DNA of 64,000 nucleotides from Octopus sinensis (taxonomy: Eukaryota): assembly GCF_006345805.1 (NCBI RefSeq), contig NC_043023.1:13144001-13208000 (forward strand), in the 5' to 3' direction. Under the pieces are notes generated by a model. That model was not told where the DNA came from and searched no databases. It was given only the letters and a program-made list of their open reading frames with translations. Made by a program: the position numbers and the translations under genes. This document shows, piece after piece, positions 47,529 through 61,127 of this stretch; within the stretch, counting starts at the first letter, position 1; every line of letters starts with the position of its first letter.

Positions 47529-50198
47529 GTGACATGTTTGAAAAATTATTCTCTCGTAATGAATGATTTTACTAAACGAAAAAACCCTGAAGTAAGAGAG
47601 CCATATCACTGTGATATCTGTGGTAATTCATTTGGTGAGGAAAGAGTCTTAGCTAAACACAAGTGCATTGATACAGGAGAGAAATCACATCACTGTGATA
47701 TCTGTGGTAAATCATTTGGTGAAGAAAGAGTCTTAGCTAAACACAAGTGCATTGATACAGGAGAGAAATCACATCATTGTGATATCTGTGGTAAATCATT
47801 TGGTGAAGAAAGAGTCTTAGCTAAACACAAGTGCATTGGTACAGGAGAGAAATCACATCACTGTGATGTCTGTGGTAAATCATTTTCTAGAAGTGGAACT
47901 TTAACTCGTCACAAACGTATTCATACAGGAGAAAAACCGTTTCAGTGTGATATCTGTGGTAAATCATTTTCTCGAAGAGGTGACTTGCCTAAACATAAAC
48001 GTACTCATACTGGTGAGAAACCATTTTATTGTAATATCTGTGGTAAATCGTTTTCTGGAAGTAGTGACTTGACTAAACATAAACGTACTCATACAGGAGA
48101 GAAGCCATATTATTGTAATATCTGTGGTAAAACATTTTCTGAAAATAGCACTTTAACTTGTCACAGACGTATTCATACAGGAGAGAAGCCGTATCATTGT
48201 AATATCTGTGGTAAATCATTCTCTTCAAATAGCTATTTGATTAGTCACAAACGTATTCATACAGGAGAGAAGCCTTATCATTGTGATATCTGTGGTAAAA
48301 CATTTTCTCAAAATAGCCACTTAACTATACACAAATATATTCATACCGGTGAGAAGCCGTATCATTGTAATATCTGTGGTAAATCATTTTCTGGAAGTAG
48401 CGTCTTGATTAAACACAGACGTATTCATACAGGAGAGAAGCCATATCATTGTGATATCTGTGGTAAATCATTCTCTACAAATAGTCAGTTGACTAATCAC
48501 AAGTGCAAGCCGTATCATTGTAATATCTGTGGTAAGTCATTCTCTACAAATAGCCATTTGATTAATCACAAACGTATTCACACCGAGGAAAAACCTTATC
48601 AGTGTGATATCTGTGGTAAATCATTTTCTTGTAATGGTGGCTTGACTGTCCATAAACGTACACATACAGGAGAGAAGCCATATCACTGTGATGTCTGTGG
48701 TAAATCATTTTCCCAAAATGGCATTTTAACTTGTCACAGACGTATTCATACTAGGGAAAAACCATACGAGTGTGATATCTGTGGTAAATCATTCGCTACG
48801 AATAGCTCTTTGATTAGTCACACGCGTATTCATACTGAGGAAAAACCATTTGTATGTGAAATTTGTCGGAATTCATTTTCTCAAATCAGTGCTTTAAATA
48901 ATCACAGACGTATTCATACAGGAGAGAAACCATATCGTTGTAATATTTGTGGTAAATCATTCCTTACAAATAGTCATTTGAGTAGTCACAAATGTTTTAA
49001 TGGGAAAAAACCATATCAGTGTAATATCTGTGGTAAATCATTCTCTGCAAACAGTCATTTGACTAATCACAAGCGCGTTCATACAGGAGAGAAGCCGTAT
49101 CATTGTAATATCTGTGGTAAGTCATTCTCTACAAATAGCCATTTGATTAATCACAAACGTATTCACACTGAGGAAAAACCTTATCAGTGTGATATCTGTG
49201 GTAAATCCTTCTCTCAGTACAGTACTTTAAACAATCACAGACATATTCATAGCGGTGAAAAACCATATCAGTGTAATATCTGTGGTAAATCATTCTCTGC
49301 AAACAGCCATTTGACTAATCACAAGCGCGTTCATACAGGAGAGAAGCCGTATCAGTGTAATATCTGTGGTAAATCATTCCTTAGAAATAGTTATTTGACT
49401 GGTCACAAATTTATTCATACTGGTGAAAAACCATATCAGTGTGATATCTGTGGTAAATCATTTTCCCAAAAGAGCAGTTTACCTAGTCACAGGCGTAGTC
49501 ATACAGGAGAGAAGCCATACCATTGTGATATCTGTAGTAAATCATTCTCTTCAAAAAACTATTTGATTAGTCACAAACGTATACATACTGAGGAAAAGCC
49601 ATATGCATGTGAAATTTGTGGTAAATTATTTTCTCACAACATTACTTTAAATAATCACAGACGTATTCATACAGGAGAGAAGGCATATTGTTGCAATATC
49701 TGTGGTAAATCATTCCTTACAAATAGTCAGTTGACTAGTCACAAATTTATTCATACTGGTGAAAAACTATATCGTTGTGATATCTGTGGTAAATCGTTTT
49801 CTCATAATACCACTTTGACTAGTCACAGACGTATTCATACAGGAGAGAAGCCGTATCATTGTGATATCTGTGGCAAATCATTCTCTAGAAATAGTGACTT
49901 GACTATCCATAAACGTATTCATACAGGAGAGAAGCCATATCATTGTGATATCTGTGGTAAATCGTTTTCTCGAAATAGCAGTTTAACTAGTCATAGACGT
50001 ATTCATACAGGAGAGAAGCCGTATCATTGTGATATCCGTGGTAAATCATTCACTGCAAACAGTCATTTGACTAATCACAAGCGCGTTCATACGGGAGAGA
50101 AGCCATATCATTGTGATATCTGTGGTAAATGTTTCTCAAAAGGGCTACTTAAATACTCATGTGAATATTCATACACAGGTGTAACGATATCAATATGA
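47529..50198 (+). CDS. C2H2 zinc-finger protein G (~31 finger units, ~24 canonical)
   Basis: 889-aa ORF; first ATG 47559; three degenerate [11 protein letters not shown] fingers at the N-terminus; last finger frameshifted. Confidence 0.95.
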   Translation: MTCLKNYSLVMNDFTKRKNPEVREPYHCDICGNSFGEERVLAKHKCIDTGEKSHHCDICGKSFGEERVLAKHKCIDTGEKSHHCDICGKSFGEERVLAKHKCIGTGEKSHHCDVCGKSFSRSGTLTRHKRIHTGEKPFQCDICGKSFSRRGDLPKHKRTHTGEKPFYCNICGKSFSGSSDLTKHKRTHTGEKPYYCNICGKTFSENSTLTCHRRIHTGEKPYHCNICGKSFSSNSYLISHKRIHTGEKPYHCDICGKTFSQNSHLTIHKYIHTGEKPYHCNICGKSFSGSSVLIKHRRIHTGEKPYHCDICGKSFSTNSQLTNHKCKPYHCNICGKSFSTNSHLINHKRIHTEEKPYQCDICGKSFSCNGGLTVHKRTHTGEKPYHCDVCGKSFSQNGILTCHRRIHTREKPYECDICGKSFATNSSLISHTRIHTEEKPFVCEICRNSFSQISALNNHRRIHTGEKPYRCNICGKSFLTNSHLSSHKCFNGKKPYQCNICGKSFSANSHLTNHKRVHTGEKPYHCNICGKSFSTNSHLINHKRIHTEEKPYQCDICGKSFSQYSTLNNHRHIHSGEKPYQCNICGKSFSANSHLTNHKRVHTGEKPYQCNICGKSFLRNSYLTGHKFIHTGEKPYQCDICGKSFSQKSSLPSHRRSHTGEKPYHCDICSKSFSSKNYLISHKRIHTEEKPYACEICGKLFSHNITLNNHRRIHTGEKAYCCNICGKSFLTNSQLTSHKFIHTGEKLYRCDICGKSFSHNTTLTSHRRIHTGEKPYHCDICGKSFSRNSDLTIHKRIHTGEKPYHCDICGKSFSRNSSLTSHRRIHTGEKPYHCDIRGKSFTANSHLTNHKRVHTGEKPYHCDICGKCFSKGLLKYSCEYSYTGVTISI

Positions 50199-51390
50199 AA
50201 ATTTATTACAACAGGACAACAATTATGAATATTTTGTCTGTTAAAAGACTAGATTTATTCCTATTCAAGTTTGACCGTATCAACCTTAATTTCATCATTA
50301 GCAATTTGATATTAACGAAACCCAACTTCAATATCATTTATATATCTAAATATATCAACACAGAGATGACTTTAGTTTCTGAAGGGGATTGTGCTGGATT
50401 TTTGAGGAATTTGTTATGAGAGAATAAAGGAATGGGAATAACGAATAAAAGTTTTAAGTGACATTGATTTTGTCTTTGTTGTGTTTTCATTATCATCATC
50501 ATCATCATCATCCTTTACCATCCGTTTTGTATTCAGGCATGGATGGTGACAGGTGCTGGCAAGCCAGAGTTCTGCTCCAGGTTCCAGTCAGATTTGGCTT
50601 GGTTTCTTTGGCTGTATGCCCTTAAGATACATGGTGTATTTTATAAATATGCCTGTTCATGTATCAAAATAGCATGAAACTAGTGGTAGCTCTCTCGGTT
50701 ATGTATTTGATTTGATATGTGTGTGTGTGTTTGTGAACACAGTGACAGTCTGGTGACTAAAATAAGTGTATACTAATCTCGTATTTTGAGTCTGGGGCAG
50801 AAGCATGGACTCCCTTTTACAGAGAAATATAAAAAAACTTGAAACTTTCCACATGTGCTGTTTGTGCAACAAAATAGCAAGATAAGACATCAAATGTCAA
50901 AACCTTAAAAATATGTGGTATGTCCAGCATCCAAAGCGTGTTGATGAGAATTCAGTGCAGATGGTTAGGACATGTTTTTCAAATGACAAATGATTTCATT
51001 AAAAAAAATTCTTCTTTACGGCCAAAAAATGGATGGATATCATGGCAGAGGAAGACCTGTCCTTAGGTATAAGGATAAGCCGAAGCAATCAATAAAGTCT
51101 CTAGAGTTTGATTTGACATGTTGGGGAAAGTCATTGCCTGGATCCACTTCCATGGTGTAAAATTTCTGGCTCTAGACAAATGGTGTAAATCTGATTTAGG
51201 TGTATTTACACCATTTCTCTATGACAAAACATGGTGAATTAGTTCGAATCTGGCACTGACATTCTTAGAATGGAAATAACATTTTACTTATAAACATCAC
51301 TGCTTAGTTCTCCTACCTTGTTTAAAAAGTGAATCACCAAAGGAGGGCCAGGGATTTTGCACCTGTGTATCCACAATATATACTGACATA

Positions 51391-51660
51391 TCTCTATATA
51401 TACAAAACTGAGAATGTGTGTTTCCCTAAAACTTGAGAACTACACAACTAATTTCATTCTAATTTTACACATGCCTTACTTAGGGTCCATGTAGTTTCAT
51501 GGGTAAAACAAATGTTCAACTTCTTGCCTAGGGCAAGCCCATAGCAATATCATATCTTCTCCACTATTTCAGTATTACGTGTTAAACTGTACACACATAT
51601 ATATACACATATATACATGCACTAGCACTATGACCCGACAACGACGGGTCATAATGCTAG
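51391..51660 (+). mobile_element. Non-autonomous Helitron-like element
   Basis: A|TC 5' end, subterminal hairpin TATGACCCG..CGGGTCATA (51629-51653), CTAG|T 3' end. Confidence 0.75.
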
Positions 51661-52569
51661 TTTTTACTAAAGTAAATACAGATTTCTCCTTCCAGTTATG
51701 CATACATCCATAAATACCTCACTGAATCCACAATGTGTCATCAAAGTCATACTGGACTAAATTCACTGCATGCATTCCACTTGGATTACAGACTTGAAAT
51801 CCGAATGAATGGAAGTTTCCAATAATTAATTACAAAGATGGGCTTTAGTCCAGTATTGCTGTTTCTGACATATTCTTTACTGATTAACAAAGGTGTAACA
51901 TCCTGCAAAAAAACCGTTTTAATCAGGTGAATAAAGGTAAGAATTAAAAATCAGAACTTCCAAAAAACTGAACATGGTCCCAGATGACTCAACTGACCTG
52001 ATTTCGCCAGGAGAGTGACTAGGTTCTGCCTTACTGAGTTTATATTAACCCTTTTGTTACCAAACCGGCTCTGGCAATGAGTATAAGGTCTTGTTTTCAC
52101 AAGTTTTGAATTGAAATCTTCCACCAATCCTTAGTCACAATTTATGTTCCTAACACTAGCTTAACGATAACTAAGTTATTTTACTAAATTCTGTGTTATA
52201 TTTAAAATTAATTTAAAGAAACACAGAGCATCTCAACAGAAATATGGTAATAAAAGGGTTAAATTCACCATGATATTTTTAACCCTATTGATATAAATCT
52301 GGCTGAAGCCACCTCTGGCTCTGTACTATAAATGTCTTGTTTTCATAAGTTTTGAATTGAAATCTTCCACCAAACCTTAGTCACAATTTATGTTCCTAAC
52401 ACTAGCTTAATGATAACTAAGTTATTTTACTAAATTTTTGTTATATTTATAATTAATTGAAAGAAACACAACACAGGTAGAGAATGGGGCAGATGGAGAG
52501 AGAAATGAAAGGGAAGCAGTGATATTTGAGCTCATAAAGGGCTGTAGGGTAAAACAAAGGGTTGAAAAG

Positions 52570-52775
52570 TTGGATTAGCAAGAGGTTATCCATTGATGCG
52601 ACACACTCTTGGGGAAAGGTACACCTTGCAATGGTGGATTGTGGGCCTGGGTGGATGGCGTCATGGAGGGAAATCAGGGTGGTAATGCTGCGGAAGGGCT
52701 GCAATCAGTGTGTTTGGAATGGGGGCTTTTAGATGAGCTATTAATGGACAATAGTACAGCTTTTTGCACCATCAC
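52570..52775 (+). mobile_element. Decayed Gypsy-type integrase core fragment
   Basis: KRLSIDATHSWGKVHLAMVDCGPGWMASWREIR, frameshift, then LQSVCLEWGLLDELLMDNSTAF (the two acidic D positions of a DDE core). Confidence 0.65.
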
Positions 52776-53729
52776 TCAATCAAATTTAACCCTTTAGCAT
52801 TCAGATTTCTTTGTGAAATTTATTGCCTATTTAATTCATACTGTTTTGAATTAATCACATATTATTTTGCAACCTCAAAATTTAAATGGTGTGGCTATAT
52901 ATTTTTAAAATGACATTGTAGGGTAGGTGTGAGAGGTTGGATCCAGACAGTTTTAACATAAAACAGGTGGAATAATTGGGCTGGTTATGGCCGAATTAAA
53001 TGCTAAAGTGTTAAGGCTGAGAGGCAACGAATATGCCGCATGGAGGCAGTCTTCGAGTTTGTTCTGCAGACAGCCATATTCCGGTACAAATGGGGACACT
53101 GCAGCAGCTGGAGGTGGAAGGGGTTATATGGTACAGGCCATAGACAAAGTAGGGTGAAGCCCCCAAATGTGTGTGTGGGACATTCCCAATCACCGATAAC
53201 AGATGAACTGCACAAAGAAATGTCTCTGTGGGTGGCTATTAAGTTGGTCTGCAGAGAAGGGCCATCCGGTTAGGTAGGAGAAGGATCTGACAATTTATAT
53301 CAGTGGTTCTCAACTCAGGTCCACACAGCCCCCTCAGGGTCCTATATAAGATTGAGGGGATTACGCAACAAAATATTATGGAAAACCGTAATTATATTTT
53401 AAGGGCATTCGAAAAAATTTTGCTTTACGAACGTAACATATGTACTATGTCATAAATATCAGGGACAATTGCATATGACACTGGAAATAATTGTTGCTGA
53501 CAACTATCCGGACAAATTGGATTCACCTCAAGAGACGTCATTGATTGGTTGAAATTGCCGAAATGCAAGAAATTAAACAACAAATAGCTTACAAACTATA
53601 GAATTTTTTCTCAATAAAGCCAAGAGAAAAAGATGTTTTATAAACACATTCTACCAGTATACGAAGTTCAAAAGTGTTTATTTACAAAGAAATTATTTTA
53701 AAAATCTGCCGTTCAAACCGAAAAGATCC

Positions 53730-56040
53730 TACGTGAGTAATCTTTGTTAAAATAATCTGGTGTAATTTTGAGAAGTGGTTGTCAGAAAAACACTGAAACG
53801 AAATCAACCAGTCAGTGGAGCCATCTATTGGAGAATTAGATAAAGGGAAATAACTGTTACAACACTCCAAACCACGTGGTCCCTGTAAATTATTAATTAA
53901 GGTGCTTAATTAGTGATCACTGACTCGTTGTTTGTATCTGAATACGGTAAGTTGACAAAGATTTATTTTAAGACTGTGAAGGTGATATACTACTACTACT
54001 AATAATAATAATAATGTAATAATAGGATTATGTGAACCTCTTGATCGTAAAGTAATTATTTCGAATCGGAAACTTAACAAAATTAGGAAAATTATATTTG
54101 CTCGTCTTAATTAATAATTTCCAAACTGAAATGTTGATCTGTTGTTTATGGAAACCTATGATCGACTGTTACATGTGATATAAAGGAAATTAACGGGTAA
54201 AATGTAAGTAATATGGCATATTTAATTAGTAAAATTCGTGGAGGAATACCACGCTAATTAATGCTGTCCTGTTGTTTATGAGGCCTTGATAATAAGATTT
54301 ACTTTAATGTTATATTAATAATAGCGATGATGATGATGGTTTCAAATTTTGGCCCAAGGCCAGCAATCTTTCGTGCGAGCGAGGGGAGTAGAATATATGG
54401 AACTTCGTATTTCCCGAAAGGGATGAAGGCAAAGTCGACCTCGGCCGTATTTAAACTCAGGACTTTCTGCCGAAGTCGACATTTCACTTAAATTCGTTTC
54501 TGAGTCCATAAATAATAATGAAGATAATGATAAGGGCCTGTAATTTGGAGGGGAGACGTAATTCTATTGCCTGGACCCTAGTTCTTTTTATTGCTTTTGA
54601 TTTCATTGACCTCGAAAGGATGACAGGCAAAGTGAACCTCGGTGGAATTTGAACTTTCAGAGTAAAGACGGACGAGTGTTACATGTGATATGAAGTAAAT
54701 TGATAAAAGATTTGGTAGATTAACGGTAATTCAGAAATGGTATAGTAGAGGCTATAGTAGAAGACGCTTGCCCAAAGTGCCACGCAGTGGACTGAACCCG
54801 GAACCATGTGGTTGGCAAGCGAGCTACTTACCACACAGCCACTCCTACTCCTGATTACAAAATGGAATAGAGGTGCAGTGATCTTTAGATGAGGAGGAGG
54901 GGGTCGTGGTGGAAGAATAATGACCAGAAAGGAGAGGGCGTGGCCACAGGAAACGACCCTAAGTGGGACATGACGTCACCGGTTAAAGACGGCCTCTTTC
55001 TTCCAGGGTCTGCGACGGGATGAAGTTGTGTGCTGGAAACGGTCTTAGGGTAGAATATACAAGTACACTTTGTTAGAATAATCTGGTGAGAATTTTAAAA
55101 GAACTTGAAGATGAAGTTATTGACAGAATGGGACAAAGTAAAAAAGAAAAACCGGAACGAGTCAGTAGCGCTCTCTATTGGAGAATTAAGGAAATACAAT
55201 TATATCAGGGGAAACAACTTCTACACCACATCAACTACGTGGCCAAAAAAGCTAATTAAGGTGCTTAATTACCGATCACTGAGTCGCTGTTTATTTGTGA
55301 ATTCGGTAAGTTGACAAAGATTTACTTTAAGGCTGTAATAGTGTTGATAATACTACTAATAATAATGTAAATAATAGAATTCTGTGAACCTCTCGATGTT
55401 ACAGTAATTATTTTTCGAAGCGGGAACCTGACAACAATTAGGAAAATATATTTGCTCGTCTTAATTAATAACTTCCAAACTGAAATGTTGATCTGTTATT
55501 TATGAAAACCTATGATCGACTTTTACATGTGATATAAAGGAAATTAATTTATAAAATGAGAGTAATGTGGCATAATTAATTAGTAAAATGAGAAGAAACC
55601 GATTGAAGAATACTACATTAATTAACGTTGTCCCGTTGTTAATGAGGCATTGATAAAACGGTAAGTTGATGAAGATTTACTTTACGGCTGTAATGGTAAT
55701 AATAATAAGGTAAATAATTACATTATTATTATTATTTTTCGAAGCGAAAACCTAACAAAATTAGGAAAATATATTTCTTCGACTTAATTAATAACTTCCA
55801 AACTGAAATGTTGATTTGTTGTTTATAAAATACAATGACCGACTGTTACATGTGATAGAACTGAAATTAATTGGTAAAATGAGAATAAAACAGCGTAATT
55901 AATTAGTAGAATGTGAGGAGTCCGATTGAAGAATTCCACATTAATATATGTTATCCTGTCGTTTATGAGGCATTGATAAAACGGTAAGTTGATAAAGATT
56001 TACTGTAATGTTATATAAATAATAGTAATGATGATGATGA
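53730..56040 (+). promoter_or_regulatory. Expanded upstream modules (internally tandem) ahead of gene H, flanking a GC-rich promoter-like segment
   Basis: Donor-like CG|GTAAGT at 53947, 55306, 55661 and 55984; GGGCGTGGC and TGACGTCA at 54935-54980; acceptor at 57260-57261. Confidence 0.45.
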
Positions 56041-57632
56041 TTTCAAAAGTGGCCCAGGGTCAGCGATCTTTAATACGAGCGATAAGTCGATTGCATGGGT
56101 CCCGTTTTTTTGTCCGAAAGAGATGAAAGACAAAGTCGATCTCATCCGTATTTGAACTCAGGACTTTCCGCCGAGGTTGGCTTTGTATTTCATTCCATTC
56201 CGTGTAAAGAAAATAATAATGATGATGACAATAGTAATCTTTTGATAATTAAAATAATAATCATTTGTGCTTTTGACCTGAAAATTAACGGGAGGGCATA
56301 AGTGAATTACATGGAACCTAGTACTTGATTGCTTCTTATTTTTTCTACCTGGAAATGATGAAAGGCGACCTTGATGTTATTTCACTTTGACCGACAGATT
56401 TTTGAAATAATTTCTACGTAACTAAAAAAATTTTAAACTTCGTATACTGGTAGAATGTGTTTATAAAACATCTTTTTCTCTTGGCTTTCTTGAGAAAATT
56501 CTGTAGTCTGTAACATATTTACCCTAAAACGGATTGAAATGCAATAGATCGATACTAGGGTCATAATTATGGGTGGACACTAAAAAGGGAATGGTTTTGT
56601 TATCCAGCTCTGTTTACGAATGACCTCTCAGTTTATGGCCACTGGGTATCTTTTCTCTCATAAAAATCAGGGACATTTTCATATGACACCGCCAGTAAAT
56701 GTTACGGCAGAAATCGTTTTCACCTCAATAGATGTCTGTGATTGGTTGAAATTGACGAAATGCAAGAAATTAAACAACAAATATGTTACAAACTACAGAA
56801 TTTTCTCAATAAGGCCAAGAGAAAAAGATGTTTTATAAACACATTCTACCATTATAGGAAGTTTAAAATTGTTTAGTTACAAAGAAATTATTTAAAAAAT
56901 CTGCCGGTCAAAACGAAAAGATCCTAATGATGTGTAGGGCATTCCCCATGGGCTCATCGTAGACAACATGAAGACAGGGACCTTCACTGCTGGCTAGCTA
57001 GTTAGTGAGCTGGTCCAGAAAAGGGAATTCCGGTCGGGCAACATGAAGTCTTAAATCAAACATTTTTCTGAATGGTTGTAAAGGTGAAGTGTGTAGTAAA
57101 CTTGTGTGGGTATACCAATGTTTCAACGCCTCAATGAACTCTGACCCCTGTAAACATTGACATTAAATGTCTGACAGTGTTCATGTTGTAATATTTACAA
57201 TGTTGAATTACTATGTCACTTAACTATCCTCTTTATCTTACTGTTTCTTTTTCTATTTCAGAATATCACATCATGTTGTCATAAAAGAAATTACTTCGTT
57301 CAGATGTGCCTTTGATATTTTTATCAACTTTCATCAACTAAAGGAAGACGATATATTTATAAGGAGCCTTCATCCATACATCAACGTTTTTATATAAATA
57401 TAATCTATGACAAACAACAGCGAAATATATTTCTTGTCTTCACTGTCTGGAATGTAGAGGAGGTGATTGCTTTACCAGTTTGGATAACTTTAGAAACGAG
57501 TTGACAGTTTTCACCTGTTGATTTAGGTACTAAGATCACAGATGAAAGAAACATAGCATTAAATTATTCCCTGAAAATAGTGATGCAAATGGACACAAAT
57601 ATATTCATAGAAAGGAAAAAAACAATATTATT

Positions 57633-58628
57633 GTGATATATATGACAAATTATCCTGTCATAATGAATAATTTAACTGAACCTAAAAACTCTGATACAAG
57701 AGAGAAACCATATTGTTGTGATATCTGTGGTAAATCATTTTCTTGTAATAGTGGCTTGACTCTCCATAAACGTGTTCATACAGGAGAGAAGCCATATCGT
57801 TGTGATATCTGTGGCAAATCATTTTCTTCTAATGGTAACTTGACTATCCATAAACGTGTTCATACAGGAGAGAAGCTATATCGTTGTGATATCTGTGGTA
57901 AATCATACTCTGGAAAAAGTAACTTGACCATTCACAAACGTATTCATACAGGAGAGAAGCCATATCGTTGTGATGTCTGTGGCAGATCATTTTCGTGTAA
58001 TGGTGATTTGACTAAACATAAGCGTATTCATACTGGAGAGAAGCCATATCGTTGTGATATCTGTGGCAGATCATTTTCGTGTCCTGGTGAATTGACTAAA
58101 CATAAGCGTATTCATACAGGAGAGAAGCCATATCGTTGTGATATCTGTGGCAAATCATTTTCTCACAATGGTACCTTAACAGCACACAAACGTGTTCATT
58201 CAGGAGAGAAGCCATATCGTTGTGATATCTGTGGTAAATCATTTTCTTGTAAGAGTGACTTGACTAAACATAAACGTGTTCATACAGGAGAGAAGCCATA
58301 TCATTGCGATACCTGTGGTAAATCATTTTCTTGTAATAGTGGTATCATAAAACATAAACGTATTCATACTGGGGAAAAACCATATCGTTGTGATATCTGT
58401 GGTAAATCATTTTCTTGTAATAGTGCATTGACTAAACATAAGCGTATTCATACAGGAGAGAAGCCATTTCATTGTGATATCTGTGGTAAGTCATTTTCGT
58501 TTAATGGTGACTTGACTAAACATAAGCGTATTCATACAGGAGAGAAGCCATTTCATTGTGATATCTGTGGCAAATCATTTTCTTATAATAGTGATTTGAC
58601 TAGACATAAACGTATTCATACAAGATAG
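57633..58628 (+). CDS. C2H2 zinc-finger protein H (11 fingers)
   Basis: 331-aa ORF; first ATG 57642; stops in a linker, with decayed fingers continuing to ~58790. Confidence 0.93.
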   Translation: MIYMTNYPVIMNNLTEPKNSDTREKPYCCDICGKSFSCNSGLTLHKRVHTGEKPYRCDICGKSFSSNGNLTIHKRVHTGEKLYRCDICGKSYSGKSNLTIHKRIHTGEKPYRCDVCGRSFSCNGDLTKHKRIHTGEKPYRCDICGRSFSCPGELTKHKRIHTGEKPYRCDICGKSFSHNGTLTAHKRVHSGEKPYRCDICGKSFSCKSDLTKHKRVHTGEKPYHCDTCGKSFSCNSGIIKHKRIHTGEKPYRCDICGKSFSCNSALTKHKRIHTGEKPFHCDICGKSFSFNGDLTKHKRIHTGEKPFHCDICGKSFSYNSDLTRHKRIHTR

Positions 58629-58789
58629 AAACCATATTGCGATATATGTGGTAAATCATTCTCTGGAAGAAGTGTCCTAACTAAACACCAGTGCAGGACA
58701 GAAACCATATCATTGTGATATCTATAGTAAATCATTCTCTAAAAAACGCCATTTATGTACACATGTGAGTATTCACACAAAAGTGCAAC

Positions 58790-60240
58790 CATTCAGTATT
58801 AATCTTTATTACAACAATTATGGCTATTTTTTTCTGCTGAAAGGCAGGGCTATTTTTATCTCTTCAAATATGATGTTATCGACTTCAATTTCAATAATGT
58901 CAACATCAAATTCATGAATGTCATGTATATATATGGAAGTATATCAACAATGCCTTTGATTTCTGAAGATGATTGCTCTGGATTTTTGAGCAATTTGTTT
59001 TGAGAGAATAAAGAAATGGGAATAATGAATAAAAGGTTACACTGAAGTTGATTTTGTCTATGTGTTTTCATCATTGTCGCTCTTATCATCATCATCCTTT
59101 AGTGAAATTTTTTTTTTTACTGGCATGGGTGGCACAGTGTGACATGAGCTGGCAAACCATGATGCTGCACTAGGTTCCAGTCTAATTCGTTTGGGTTTCT
59201 TTGGGTGTATTCTCCTAATGCTAACCTGTTCACAGTTTATGCTGTGTGCTTTATACGTGTACATATGCACACACACACACATATATATATATGTGTGTGT
59301 ATATATATATCATCATCATCAGTATCCACTGAAAAAAAAATATATATTTGGGTAAACGGTACTTGATTCCATGCAAAAAATCTGAGTTTTTTTGTTTGTC
59401 TTTATGAAAATATCAAAATTTACCCGAAATTCTTCTGGACTCCAACTTCTCCGAAAAAAATTGTGACAACAAATTCGTATGTAATCGTAATCTAAACGAT
59501 CTAGAAAGTATTATCATCGTAATCTACCTCATCAGAAACTTAGTCATGGAAAATTTTTAATTGCTGTTAATCTACCAAATCATCATCATCATCATTTAAC
59601 GTCCGCTTTCCATGCTAGCATGGGTTGGACGATTTGACTGAGGTCTGGCAAACCAGACTCCAATCTGATCTGGCAGAGTTTCTACAGCTGGATGCCCTTC
59701 CTAACGCCAACCACTCCGTGAATGTAGTGGGTGTTTTTTACGTGCCACTGGCACAGGGGCCAGGGCAGGCTGGCAAACGGCCACGGTCGGTTGGTGCTTT
59801 TATATGTCACCGATACAGACGCCAGTATCTGCCGCATTCAGACGGTGCTTTTTACGTGTCCCCAGCACGGGTGTCTTAACTATAATTTCTATTTGATTTT
59901 TTATTTTGATGTTCAACATCAAAATTTATTACATGAAAACAATTGTGACTGTTTTGTCTGCTAAAGGACAGAGTTTTTTCCTCTTCAAATTTCACGTTAT
60001 CAACACCAGTTTTACCAGTATCAACATCAAATTCATGAATATCAACCTGAATGATGTTGTATATACAATTTACTGAAAATATGAAACACAACAAGCTTTG
60101 ATTCTGAAGGTGATCGTGCTGGATTTTTGAAGAATTTGTGTATGAGAGAATAAAGAAATGGAAAAATGAATAAAGGTTAAACTGTTGACTTTGTCATCTT
60201 GTTTTTTAATCACATCATCATCATTGTCATTATCATCCTG
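58790..60240 (+). repeat. Two copies of the 3' element downstream of H (58790-59100 and 59890-60240) separated by an RTE 3' end
   Basis: Both align to 9840-10150; reversed RTE tail at 59580-59870. Confidence 0.75.
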
Positions 60241-60269
60241 TAGTAATATTTTCCATCCTGGAAAATAAA

Positions 60270-60580
60270 GAGATATTATATATATATATATATATAATAT
60301 ATTATATATATATAATATATATATTCATAATAATATAATTAATATATATATATATATATATTATATATATTATATATTATATATATATATCATATTATCT
60401 ATCTATATATTATATCATATATATATAGTTTATATTTATATTCTATATATTATATATATATATTATATATTATATATATATTATATATTATATATATATT
60501 ATTATATATTATATATATATATATTATATTATAATTTATATATATATATATATATATAATATATATTACATATATTTATG
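60270..60580. repeat. (TA)n-rich tract
   Basis: Direct inspection. Confidence 0.95.
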
Positions 60581-60947
60581 TGTGTGTGGAGGCGCAATGG
60601 CCCAGTGGTTAGGGCAGCGGACTCGTGGTCGTAGGATCGCGGTTTCGATTCCCAGACCAGGCCTTGTGTGTGTTTATTGAGCGAAAACACCTAAAAGCTC
60701 CACGAAGCTCCGGCAGGGGGTGGTGGCTACCCCTGGTGTACCCTTTCGCCACAGCTTTCTCTTGCTCTTTCTTCTGTTGACCTGCTCACTTAGCCAGCGG
60801 GGTGGCGTCAATTGAAGGCTGAAAGAATGCAAAGCGTATTGTAACCAGCGATGTGTAGCAACACCTGATAGCCTGGTCGGTCACGGTGATATGTTTATAT
60901 GTGTGTGTGTGTGTGTGCATTATATATCTATATATATTTATGAAATT

Positions 60948-61127
60948 GTGTACATTTAAACACAAGAGAAAACTACCTTTAACAGGTAAGTTTTACATGC
61001 TAGAAGAAGCAGTCGAAACGACCAAAACCACATTTAAGAGCAATGTGGTTTTGGTCGTTTCAACTGCTTCTTCTAGCATATAAAATTACCCGTTAAAGGT
61101 AGTTTTCTCTTGTGTTTAAATGTACAC
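60948..61127. repeat. Hairpin with ~87-bp arms and 7-nt loop
   Basis: 60948-61034 versus 61042-61127; loop TAAGAGC; a few mismatches. Confidence 0.92.

Noticed and set aside
47529-50198. Assigning human-style gene symbols (ZNFxxx/KRAB) to the finger genes
   Set aside because: No KRAB or other diagnostic domain; lineage-specific paralogues with no recognisable orthology.
60595-60670. tRNA-like A/B boxes (also 26820-26890, 12705-12770, 63550-63630)
   Set aside because: They run into SINE bodies, and no complete cloverleaf with acceptor stem could be drawn.
60995-61030. CTAGAAGA...GAAACGAC as a third hammerhead
   Set aside because: Core is not CUGANGA, helix II is unconvincing and there is no NUH triplet.
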